From NCBI GenBank assembly GCA_008632985.1, contig QPGO01000115.1, forward strand, positions 186,001-250,000: a DNA stretch of 64,000 bases. The letters run 5' to 3'. Below the pieces are notes generated by a model that was given only the letters and a program-made list of their open reading frames with translations, made no database searches and was not told the DNA's origin. Positions 53,001 through 64,000 of the stretch are shown here, piece after piece. The position numbers and the translations under genes are program-made. Position 1 is the first letter of the stretch. Each line of letters opens with the position of its first letter. The stretch is from Psammoneis japonica. Lineage: Eukaryota.

Positions 53001-54054
53001 GGCACTTGCTTTCGATAATCCATAAGACCTTCTCGATAAAGGAAGATAAGGAGATGATGAAATCAACTGCCAATCGTACAATCTGGATACCTCGTAGAGT
53101 GGGCACAACGTTATCTTCGAATAGCGTCGGGAAGTGAATCAATGTTGGTGCTACGTTGGCAAGCGGGAGAGGAGGGTCCAGTACGAGTCCGGCGTGCTTG
53201 ACCATTGGCTTTGATCGCGACGTGGTGGGCTTTGTCACATCCAAGTCTTCATTGGTGGAAAATCCATCACTACCCACCGCAGCCACAGCCGTAATGCGAC
53301 ACCCGGCCTTGCGCACATCCAGTACCAACTGAGGCCGCGAGTTATCCTTGTCCAAGGGTATTTCGTGTCTTCCCTCTCGGATGCGTACGCCACCTTCCAA
53401 ATGAACAGCATGTAAAAGATCTGTCGTGAGCTGATTATGCAATACCTCCATTTGGGATGATGATAGCAAGGGGGCAAACGAATCGGGTAAGTCATGAGAG
53501 TGCAAAAAGGGAGACTCAGCTGGAGTGGATGCGTCATCTTCGTCTTCCGAAAACCCATCTGCCCGACCAGCTGAAGAAGCATCGCTTCCCATCCAATGTT
53601 CAAACCTGGGGTGACTCGCCACCTCTGATGGACCACGATCAACCAACGGCGGCGTCGGAACAACCGGTTCCTTTAGCGAGGGAGCAATTCCTGCGCCTCT
53701 GAGCAGAGACTGAGTCATGGACTTCATCAAATCGGAAGGTCTTCGCCTCAGCGGACTGGACGTCGAAGACTGTTGAGACTGCACAGTCTTTTGCTGGATG
53801 CTCGCATTAGAAGAGGAGGCGATTTCATCTGGCTTGAAGAGGACTTGCAAGATTGGTCTCCTTGGCAACTTCTTTGTCGGGACTGGTGGTGGCCTTGCAA
53901 ATGCGCGGAGCTGGATGAAAACCGCACACGTAAGAACCACACATGCTATCCCAAGATAGTAGTCAGCGTATGGGACTGACTCCAGAAGCATCCACGACGC
54001 CATAGATTCTAATGGCGGAGGAAGTTGGTGGATGTAGGGACTGAGATCGATCAT
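47014..54054 (-). CDS. Very large multi-exon protein (~2000 aa): N-terminal TM and C-terminal alpha/beta-hydrolase (lipase-like) domain; could be two genes
   Basis: Chain of minus ORFs bounded by GT-AG sites; GYSQG nucleophile elbow, HDSQV and THHW as candidate Asp and His; apparent 1-bp break near 52060. Confidence 0.65.
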
Positions 54055-54547
54055 TGTTGCACCTTTTCTTCAGTGAGTGGTATCACTCGTATCATCGATG
54101 GGGTTCAGCTCTGAAAGCTTATCAATCAACTGACTGTTGCTCAAACTACACTCTAGATTCAGTTTGACGACTCTAACACATCGGCTAAAATGTGTTTGCT
54201 GTTTTTCGTTTTGTTTGGCGACTCGGATGTATGAGAGTAATGCGTAATGCTTCAAGCGCAATGATGACGGTCGGTTTTGTGAGTGATGGCATGCCGGATG
54301 ATGATTTCGCGCGCTTTTTCGGGAGGAGCGGGAATGACGTCACCTCGGGTTTGACTCGATCGATCGAATCATTTCAAATCGTTCGGTGCATCAGGGCTAG
54401 CTAGTCTCTAGCTAGAGGGAGGCCTACAGTTAGACACGAAAAGCGTTCAACAACGATACGCAAGACCTACTTTTTACTCAACCAATGCCAGAGAATTCAT
54501 TCCCATGTACGGTACTAGACTACTAGTCTTCTGGGTTACTAACCCGC

Positions 54548-56796
54548 TCACGCCTGCCCTTTCAAATCTCCGGCCTTGTGCTTCTCGTATAAGCGTAGAC
54601 CCTTTCTCAAATCCTTCTCTTCGAAATCCTCCTTGTCCTCATCATCATAAGTGACATGCCACAGCGCACCTTCGTTATCATCCGAGTCCCCGGATTGATA
54701 ATCGTCAACCGTGCCATAGTACAGTTCGGTTCCAAATCTCTTTGCCACTCGCTTGTTCATATACCAGGTTGGCTCGTGCTCTAACCCTTTCTTCTTCTTC
54801 TTTGCTGGCTTCTCAGAAGACGTCTTGGGGGAGCTTGTGTAGGATCTCTTTTGCGAGCCACTAATTTCTGCTGCAGGCTCAGCCGGAACTTGTTGAGTCT
54901 GTTCGACGGTTCCGTCAGCATTCTCTTTGTTGCCGTTTTCGGCAGCAGCACTCGCAGCCGCCTGTTCCTCACCGGTGGAAAGTTCGCATTCCTTGGTAAT
55001 CAATTCCGCAGCCGCTTTCGCCTTTTCCTTCTTTGCTAATTCCTCTTCCTTGTCGGCGCCTTCTTTTGCCTTTTCTCCCCTTTCGCAATAAAGCCGAAGC
55101 GCTTCTGAATGATCCGAGAGAAGGAGACAAATAGTCAGAACAACAAGATACATCCCGTGAAACGATGTGTAGGACGCGACAACTTACCGCATATTTCCGC
55201 AGCCTCCATTTCCTCCGAGTCGCCATCGTCGTAAAAAACCTTGAAAAGGTCACCCGATCTTTTCTGCCCGCTCGTCACGAAACGGATCGTTCCTCTGAAA
55301 ATGGCGTCTCCATCGGCATCTTCCATCGAAAACAACTTGGCGACTCTGGTTCCCACTATTGCCATTTCCCAGGCCTGATATTCAGGGTCTCTCTGTCGTA
55401 GCTCCGTCTGTTTCGAAAGGAGTGCCGATATGCCGTATTGGGTAAGTTTCTTCATCTGACGCACTTCGTACTGAGGCGGTTCTGGGTTCGTCGAACCAGG
55501 CTCTGCCTCGAGAACACCCGAACGATCAGGCTGGAGTAGCTTGGAAATAACGTCGCTGTCTCCTCCAGTAACATACACCACGCGCTGACGATTCACTAAC
55601 TCCTCGTCTTCCTCTCCGGTGGTTATTTTGACTCCGCCCGTCTTCATTTCCTCCATTTTGGCTCCGCCGCTCTTGTCTGCATCCGCAACTGTTGGTGAGC
55701 TTTCGGCCGACCCAACCCTTTCAATCCATTGCTTGATAACGTTCCGTCCACTACAGGCAATCTCATTTAGGTTGCTGGCCGTGATTGCCTCCTTCGTGTT
55801 GCGAGCAAAGAGGTCGATCGGCTTTCCCGTTTCTGCTTGTTCTACAATCTTCCCCAGTTCCTCATCCCCAATATAAGGGAGGGCACTGGCGTATTCAGAT
55901 ACGGCGAAAAACCTCTTGCCCACCCCTACACTAATTCCACCGCCCATAATGTTCCCATTCGTATCCAGCGCAGTGTAAGTCATTGCTGTCCCACCATCAA
56001 ACACCAAGGTCGGTGGCCCAACAAGCTCGGACGCAGCGTACAGAGCAGCCAACCGATCTGCTCCCATGGTATCGTATCTTCCCTGTTCCTTGGTAAAGAA
56101 GTTATCTCCGTCAAGCATCCACACCTGGCTAGGAACTTCTGACCAGAGGTGTGCCACACGTTCTGCTTGATCCTGGTTGGAAGCCACCATGTACACACTG
56201 AACTTGGGCGAAAGTCTGTCCCGGCTTGCATTCTCTGCTGCCTCCTTGGTCGGCTCGTTTCCCTTTCCGAAAATGTACTCGTGAACGGAATCGGGGATGT
56301 ACTTTGACAGAGCCATCAACGAGCCCGCCTTCATCTCTTCCTCTCCGAGATGAGGTGTCCTGGAGGAGCAGATCGAATAACGCATAAGTGAGAAAAACAA
56401 AAACTTATGGCCAAAACTACGATACCATACTTTTTATAGAGTCAACATAGACAATATCGGGCAACAATGAGGCAAACTAAGGACGCCATGGCACTTTCAT
56501 GATCCAACAAAGACATAGCACGTCTCAGCATTCTAACTTCTTCTGCGAAAGATCTTTCTGTAGAAACAACGTAGAAACCATACGAGAAAATAACGCGCGA
56601 CATGGATCGCGCCACACGTTTCGTACCGCCAGTAAAGCGTGGGGGCGAACCCGCTTGATTTTCCTTCGTGGAACGCCCAATGGAGATGGGTGTTGCCACA
56701 TATGATGCTGGCAACATGTTCGTCGTCATGCTTGGGAGCAGCGTCGGGCCACCTGGCTGGCGGAACGGGCGCGTACTTCTTTTCTTTCTGCCCCAT
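54548..56796 (-). CDS. coaX: Type III pantothenate kinase with two C-terminal Tudor-like repeats; exons 56796-56627, 56359-55188, 55104-54548
   Basis: CGNTHLHW, MGADRLAA, VFDGGTAMT, GGGISVG, VTGGD; then RVAK.F...(F/Y).GT....(F/W).V.YDD.D.E twice. Confidence 0.85.
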
Positions 56797-58549
56797 GGCT
56801 GCGCCGCTTTCGGGGGTTGTGCTGTGGATTTTCACGGGTGGAACGGCCCACGGGTGACAGGACGTGCTATCGTATGTTTCTACGCAATCGCTACCAAGCC
56901 AAGCAAGCAACGGAAATTAGTATCGAGTCTGTGCTTCTACCGGTGCCAGGTTAGCCTGAGCGGAGTTTCGGGTTTCGGGAATAAGTTGGAGTCGTCACAC
57001 TCTAAGCTTACAAGAGTGTGAGTTAGCCGGGGCAGGGCCAGTTGGTCACGCACATGTGGGTTTGATCTGACCATGCAACTGGCCACACCCTGCAGGAAAA
57101 GCTGTGTTGGTGGTTGGTGGCACCACCCTGCGAGCAGAAGCTTCAAAAAGCAAAGCAGCACACACGGCGTGTGGGTCAAAACGTTGTAAAATGACATGAC
57201 AACAAGCAATGAAAAGAAACCCAACTTGACCCAGGAATGAAGAACATTGATGTTGTTCAATCACTTTGATCTCATCTGGAAATGCCTGCTTGAGGATCAA
57301 CGGTGCTCGCACATTGCTCGCCGCTGTGCTGTTGTGCGTTGTCCCAAAGCTCTGGGCCCCAACAACCCTTGAGTGGGGGTTCAAACTGGCATGGCAGGTG
57401 TGCTCCTAATGAGCACACAGACCATCACCATGAGGCTGTCATGAGAAGTAAATTTGATCAAAACTCATGCCCACGATGGTGGTTGCTGCAACGCTGTGAA
57501 AGTTGCGCAAACCTTTGTTTTTGCGAGAGTGCATTTGGCATGTTTTCAATTGGTGTCTGTCTGACAGGTGTGCAAGTGCATTCTTCACAATTTTGATTTT
57601 GTGGCAAGTTGTTGACAAAGACACCGATTCAATCATTCATGATGCAATGTCACGTGCCGATTCTTCATCCACCACCCATGCCACCGCCCCTTCCATCAGA
57701 GTGCACGATGTCGCAATGTCTGCACACATGACAAAAATGTGTTGCTGTGTTGTAAAATCCACTTGTCTGCACATGATGGTTTTTGTTGTTTGGTCAATTG
57801 TCAATCTCCTGCCATTCTTCATGTTTGAACACAGATGCTTTTTAATTTTTGTGCCCAGCCTTTTTCACAACTGCTGACGATCTTTAACGACAAGCCAAAC
57901 ATTGCAGTTGCATGCAATGAAATTTTCATCATGTAAAGTGTGCACTGATTGTTCAGTCAATGACTGTGCTCCAATTGGCTTGTTCGTCCGCATCGTCCTC
58001 TTCATTCCACATGTCTTGTCCGCTCTCTTGCAAGAATTTCAAATGTGTGCGCCGCTGCCGCGTTGGATGTTTCCTCGTCACCGTTCCAAAAAAGCCACAC
58101 TGCATTTCTTGCATTTGGGTGAACATCATCAAGAGGAAGAGGTCCCTCGAAATGCAGAATTGCATCGCTGCTCCCCTCTTGACATCGTGTCGTCTGCTTC
58201 TTTTTCCATTTCTTCGTTGCTCCACGGGGCCCTTGACGATTTGAGAAGGAAAGACGTTGCCTTGCAGCGACAGTGGCGAGCTTTGTATGATCTGTGGCCA
58301 GGCACAGATCAAATGCAGGGAGGGACATGGACCACGATCCGGGCTGTGGACGAAGAAGCCGTGGCAAGAGAAAGGGTCCTGCAGCTGGCATTGCAAATCA
58401 AGGCACAATTGGTGGCTGTCAACCAGCCTGACCACAGCGCCGACTTTCAGCAGGCGATTGTGGCTGCCAGGGAACATTTCATGGTGCAGGATGACCAAAT
58501 GGACCATGTGAGTGGACACTGCATGGAATCTGTGAGGAAGCAATTGCTC

Positions 58550-61500
58550 TAAAAATGCACACACTGTGAGTGAATGATGGATTGACATGCGCATCCTGTT
58601 TTAGAAACAAATCTGACCAACACTTCCTTCTGTCCTGTGTGGCCCAAACAAACAGGGCCTTTTCTTGCGCTTCTGCTGCTCCTGGACATTCTTCACAAAC
58701 CAAAACATTGTCCCCAATTGCTTCGATGGGGACAACACGCAACTTGGGTGGGTGCTGAGTCTTCTCAGGCGTTGACAGCCAGTTGTTTTGTTTGTGATCA
58801 AGCTGCCAGCAACCAACCAAGTCTGCATGCTGATGCCGTTGCCTCGCAGTTCTCTGGTCAGCTTGACAAGCAGTTGGATGGACAACTGCAAAAATCGATC
58901 CTGTGTCTTCCTGTTTGAAGAAACACAGCAAATGGGAGGGAAACTGTTGATTGCCCTTTCGTGTGCCAAAGGTCAAACAGGCAAAGTCATGCCATGGTCC
59001 TTCGCTTTTGAAATCGGGGTGCGCACGGCACGCATCCCTCCCGTTTGCATTGCAAAACTCTGTCTTACAAGTCAGGTGTGTGTTTTCACTGTCTTCACCA
59101 ACACAATCTTCCCACTTTTCCGACATGAAGTTTGGTGACACAGGATGAACTTGGCAATGAGTGTGCTCACTGTTCCACTCAAACGTCACAGCGCCAATCC
59201 CTCGGCTGCAGGTGAGAGTGAACGCACTTCCTCCCAGTGTGTGATTGTCCATCCTGACTCTTGATGATTCCTTTTTCCCAGTTGGCAAAATCCAACTGTT
59301 GGCTGAAATTGCGGCGTTGAGCCTCATTTGGTCCTCCATGCGCGACACGACCTGCTTCAGAAAACTGTCGAGGTTGCGTTGTTGTGTGGCAGATGATGGC
59401 AGCTTGAAAAAGTCTTTCAAGAGACACCCCCCCAAGCCTGCATCAAAGTTCATCGCATGTCGGTGATGACAAAGAAACACTGGGAGATGGAGTGTTTTAT
59501 GAAGCTTTTGAAGCTTCCACCCATGTCCTTCTGTTCGCGGGACGAATTGCACTGTCCGGTCAATGAGGAGACGGATTTTCTTGTTTATTTTCTGAACAGA
59601 TGAACTGGGAGTTACGCTTGTGATGGGTGGATCGCCTGGCCTGTGCCATGCGTGGAAGACAAGAAGGTCCTCGAGCAATTGAATGAATTGCCGGACGCTG
59701 CAGCCAAGTCTTTTTCCCTTGCATTTTTTCTTTTTTTGGTTGTCGTCACCATCCTCAGCCTCACTCTCCTCTTTCTCATCCTCATTTTTGTCCTGGTCAC
59801 CCTCTTTGGACTCCTCCGACCTTTCATTGTCGAGTCGTCCAAGCACTCACTAGGTTGGTGGCAACTCTCAAAGTTTGCTTTGGGCATCTTGCGATTCTCT
59901 GGAACAATGGGTTCGTCTGCGTCCTCGTCAAGGAAGCATGACTCACATGCGTTTCGTCCCTCACTGGTCAACAGGAGAAGGCAGAAAACAAAAGCCATTC
60001 CAGCCCAGTGGTGAGAGTTGAGGAAGGCAAGCAACATTGCTCCTCCTTTGAAGTTTGTTTGCAAAAAGGATGCTTCACAAGTTGACCGGTGATTGCTGAA
60101 AATCCTTTCCACCATGCTGTCCACCTCACTTGCGACCACAGGTGTCATGCTGTCTGCAAATGAATTGATTGCCCTTTTCAAGGTGCTGTTTTCAAAGAGA
60201 TGCATCATGTTGCTTGCTGTCACAAGGGCGATGCCAAAGTCTGCCTCAAAAAGACAGGCAATGCAAGATGCCCAACCAGTGCTTCCTTTCTTGGTCTGAT
60301 CTGTTGTCGTCATTGGCCTTAGTTTGCACTTGGTGGAGATCCAGTCCTTGGATGAACTTGCATTCAATCCATGGGTCATCCAGTTTGTTGAAGCCAGTTG
60401 GGCAAAAACGAAAGCAACGTTGACGACAGTTGTGACCTCCGCATCGTCCGACGAGACAGTCACCGCTTTTTGCGTCTCCTGTGATGAGAACGATCAGTGG
60501 GATTGCGTGGAGGCATCGCATCTCATCCCCTCGTCGCACGCATGTTTTCATGCCTCCTTTTCTCATGACTTCCAAAAGTGGCTCCAAAACAACACGCAAG
60601 CAAGTGTGGCAGTCTCTCAACGAGCGGCCCTTCTCCACCTTGCGATTGTTTGAGAGATTCTTTGCCGCAGATGACGACATCTTTTCCAAATCCGGGAGAC
60701 AACCAAGAGGTTTCCAGACACTCTTGTCTGACCATTTGTTGAAGGCAACATGCGCAGAGGTCATGATCACTGGTTCTCCGCAACATGATCCCATCCCTTG
60801 TGTCCTGCCAGTTTTGTCGAGGCAAATGACATTGCACCCGAGAAATTGTTTCTCTGGGTCAGTTGTCCGTTCTTCGCAACTGCGCCTGCACCACTCACCC
60901 ACCAAAAGGCGCTTGTCATCCAGTCCCTTCGCTTTGCACTTCCCAAAAGGATTGTCTGGATCAGCCATGTTCTCTCTGCTGCACCACAGGTGAGGATCGA
61001 GTAAAAACTGTTCCCAAACCTTTGTGAAATCCCATCTTGGCACTGACACTCGTTTTGGCAAACCGATTTTGAAATTTTTGGTTTCTAGAGTGACAGGAAT
61101 GGACTCGCTGGGTGGAAGAGGGAAATGCTTGGTTGAGGTGCGCATCAACTCTTTTCTCCTTGGCAGAACTGTCAAGCTCAATGTTGCTGTTGCCAGTGTG
61201 CCTCTCCATGAAATCAACAATGCAATCGCACAACTCCAGGGGAGCACCACGTGTGTCCATGAGCTTCTTGCACAACTCTGCGCAAGCTCCGTCAAGATTT
61301 GTCAAAGAGGGAGTAGAAGCCAAGGCCTCTTCTGCAGGAGCATCACACCTGCTCCCCAAACGTTGATCCTCATCGTCAATGTCCTCTTCCTCCTCCATTG
61401 TCACGTCCAACACTGCAGCAAAGGATTGACCACCGCCAACATCCAACTCGTTCATTGCCAAAAGTTCAACTCCTTGCATGCTGTGGTTTGATGAAATGGA

Positions 61501-61827
61501 GGACATGTCGTCCATTCCGTGCGGTGCGTCATCCGGGGAGGGGAACAAGGGGCTGCTGCTCGGATCACTCGTTGAAGATCTTGGGAATCTGCTGTGAGTT
61601 GATCGCCTGGGATGGGGCTCGTCATCATCAGAGGATGAAGAAGAAGAGCTGCCGCTTTCTTTGGGTGGCCCCTCTGTTGTGGCAGGAATGTCGCTTTGAT
61701 CTGGGACCAGATCTTGGGTTTGCAACTCTTGGGCAACTGAGTGACATGTCGGCGAGCATCTCCAATGGCAGGCCATTCGCAAAAAACTTTGGCCACAACC
61801 GGGACAGAGAAGAGGGTTTCCGTCCAT
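58550..61827 (-). mobile_element. Plavaka-like transposase pseudogene with N-terminal zinc finger
   Basis: CPGCGQSF....HW...C; GEW.RR, VICLDKTG, EPVIMT, WKPLGCLPDLE, RDCHTCLRVVLEPL, ITGDAKSGD; GWKLQKLH, NFDAG, RAHPDF...GPWHD; frameshifted. Confidence 0.8.
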
Positions 61828-62280
61828 TGTAAATCAGACAATGTTGACAGGGCCTTCATCAAGACTCATGCTCGTCGTCCTTGTCTTGTGGATGAGAAGG
61901 GAAAAAAGAACAACACGCAAAAAATGGCGGGAAATTGGCAAGCATTGCATTGTCTTCCAGATTGGGATGATTCTCACAGGTGTGGCGCATCTGCATTTTG
62001 ATTTTTTATCTGGCATCCACAATGAGAACATTGTGCTTTTTATTTGCTGTCAAAATGCAGGATGTCATCTCCGTTGAAACGCAATGACAGCCATGTCAAA
62101 AAGTGAGTTGGGCTGTTCGTTGTTGTGTGTGAATGTGTTTTCAAATTTCAATGTTGCTGACAACAACTCATGCAATGTCACAGAGAAAAATGGAGTGCCT
62201 GGCTGTCTCAACATGACCCAAACGACGGTTGCACTGTCGAACAGCACCGCTCCTCTCATTGTTGCCATGAAAAGATCAAG

Positions 62281-63560
62281 ATGTCATCTCCAGCACAACC
62301 GGCAAAGAAGAGAAAGAAAAATGAGACTGTTGAGCCAATGAGCCCGAGACTTCAGGCAGTGTTGAAGAGAACAGGTGCGCAGGCAGCGCACAGTGCATTG
62401 AAATCAGAAGTGGAGAAGGTGGCCAGAAATGATCTCTTTCCACAGGTGAAGTTTCTCAGTCCGTCTGAATTGGCAAGCAATGGGAGCGTCTCAATGTTTG
62501 TCAAGAAACAGATTGCTGGTGGCAACATGGACACTTCAAATTGGTCAGGAACTTGGGAGGAATGGGCAAAAAAGGCGGTAAAAAGGCAAACCAACAATCG
62601 CAGAAACACGGTGTGTTCGGCTGTTGGGGCGGAGGCAATGGCACGTAAGTTGAGTGACCAATGTGTGTGATTCGAGAGTTGCGTGTGTCTCACAAGAAGA
62701 TGACGGTGATGCTTTGTCCACACAGGCATTGTCACTGAGGAAGAGGGAAAGGAAAAAGAAAAGAAACTCAAGGTGGCAGACAGGAGGAAAAAGAGGAAAA
62801 AGTCAAGCCGTGACAAGAAAGAAGAGAATGACATCCCGTTTGTGCCGACATGGGATCTGTTTAGCCTGGACACTGTCGCCGGTGGCAAACGAAGGAACAA
62901 GCAGGCACACAAGTGGTTCTGTGATCACATCCTGCCTCAAACCAAGCAAAAGCAGGCATGGAGCAGCACCGTCAAAACTGGGAATGCACAGGTCTCACAG
63001 TTGTTTACGATCGGTGACAAAGCTTTGGCGCTGTTGGCTGTGGAGAATTGTTGGCAGGTGTGGGCATGCAGGAACAAGGAGGAGGCGGTGGAAGAATTGG
63101 ATGAGGAAATGGAGCCCGAAGAAACAAGGCCTGCCCCTCGGTGCACGAAGCCAAAGAAACAACGAGTGTCTTGGGGAGACAACAGAATCAATTGGTTCAA
63201 CGATTTATGCGAAGAGGTGATGAAAGACAGAGACTCCAAGGAGGGCAATGAGTTTGAAAAGTGGCACGCGGAGATCAAGAAAAGCGAGTGCGAGAAGTCC
63301 GGAGAAGCAAAAAAGAAGAAAAAGAAATCACCAACCGGTGATGCGGACAAGGTGAAGGCAATGAACAGCCCAATGGTGGAGAGCAGCAGGGACGAAAATG
63401 GCAACGACGATGAGCAGGAGGAAGGCGCAAAAGGCAAAACGGATGACGGAGGAGACGAGTCTGATGGAGACGAGTCCGATGATGATCGTTGGCTCAGTTT
63501 AAGAGAGTTGCAGCAAGAAAATGTGTGCACAGTTTACATGGCACTCGGTCATTGCACTGC
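62281..63560 (+). pseudogene. Transposon accessory gene divergent from the Plavaka transposase
   Basis: LFPQVKFL, W..W...V....NNRR, TIGDKALALLAVENCWQVW, PRCT, W....I..FN.LC..V..DR, acidic tail; no Tyr in either part except the last few residues of ORF 62773-63579. Confidence 0.55.
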
Positions 63561-64000
63561 AGACGCAACAAGGGATTGACTTGACCGATGAAATGCTTTT
63601 CTCGTTTAAGACAATGTTTGCAAAAATTGCCAAACCAAGGATTGTGTGGAAATGCAACCACGCATTGGCACATGGCAACAAGGTGGAGGCAGATGCAGTG
63701 ATGTGGACACAGTGAAAAACAGCATGCACAATTCTTGGTGAGTCATTGCAATGTTGGCACAGCAAACTTGCAACCAGAGGTTGGCCTTTCATCACATGAC
63801 AACAATGTTTTGCAACATTTTGATGAATTGTTGTCATGTAAATCTACACATTTTTAACATTTCGTGCACTCTGATGTCCTTCCCACACGTGCTTGTTGGC
63901 ACAAGGACGAACCATCAGATCCGATGAGGCAACGGAGAGCGATGACGAAAATGATGCGGTCTTGTCAGTCGCATTCGTGGATGGAGTCGACAAGGTCGTG

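Larger units (their letters stand above)
57020..64000. other. TpA-depleted block D (Plavaka-like element region, runs off the window)
   Basis: Abrupt TA loss just upstream of the PanK gene. Confidence 0.85.

Overview
Eukaryotic genomic DNA with GT-AG introns. It is most likely a pennate diatom, inferred from the CoDi-like Copia elements, signal peptide + 'AF' plastid presequences and diatom-type SET-like gene. The window alternates sharply between ordinary gene islands (~1-2.7k, 15.5-17.6k, 30.4-33.8k, 38.9-57.0k) and transposon-rich blocks (~2.7-15.5k, 17.6-30.4k, 33.8-38.9k, 57.0-64k). In the transposon-rich blocks the TpA dinucleotide is almost erased. The main finding is an apparent repeat-targeted, double-stranded TpA->TpG/CpA (A:T->G:C) hypermutation, the mirror image of fungal RIP. 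Conserved Tyr codons in a Copia element, a CRE-like LINE, a Plavaka transposase and a host-type pseudogene are systematically changed to Cys/His. The two LTRs of one full-length Copia differ almost only at TA/TG/CA/CG sites. The gene islands contain a cytochrome P450, a DUF6816-like plastid protein, three tandem Gly/Tyr/Arg-rich secretory or plastid proteins sharing a TGACGTGGCC promoter box, a LURP-one-like protein, a very large alpha/beta-hydrolase-domain protein and a type III pantothenate kinase fused to Tudor-like domains. All calls are from reading the sequence and recalled family motifs; no searches were run.
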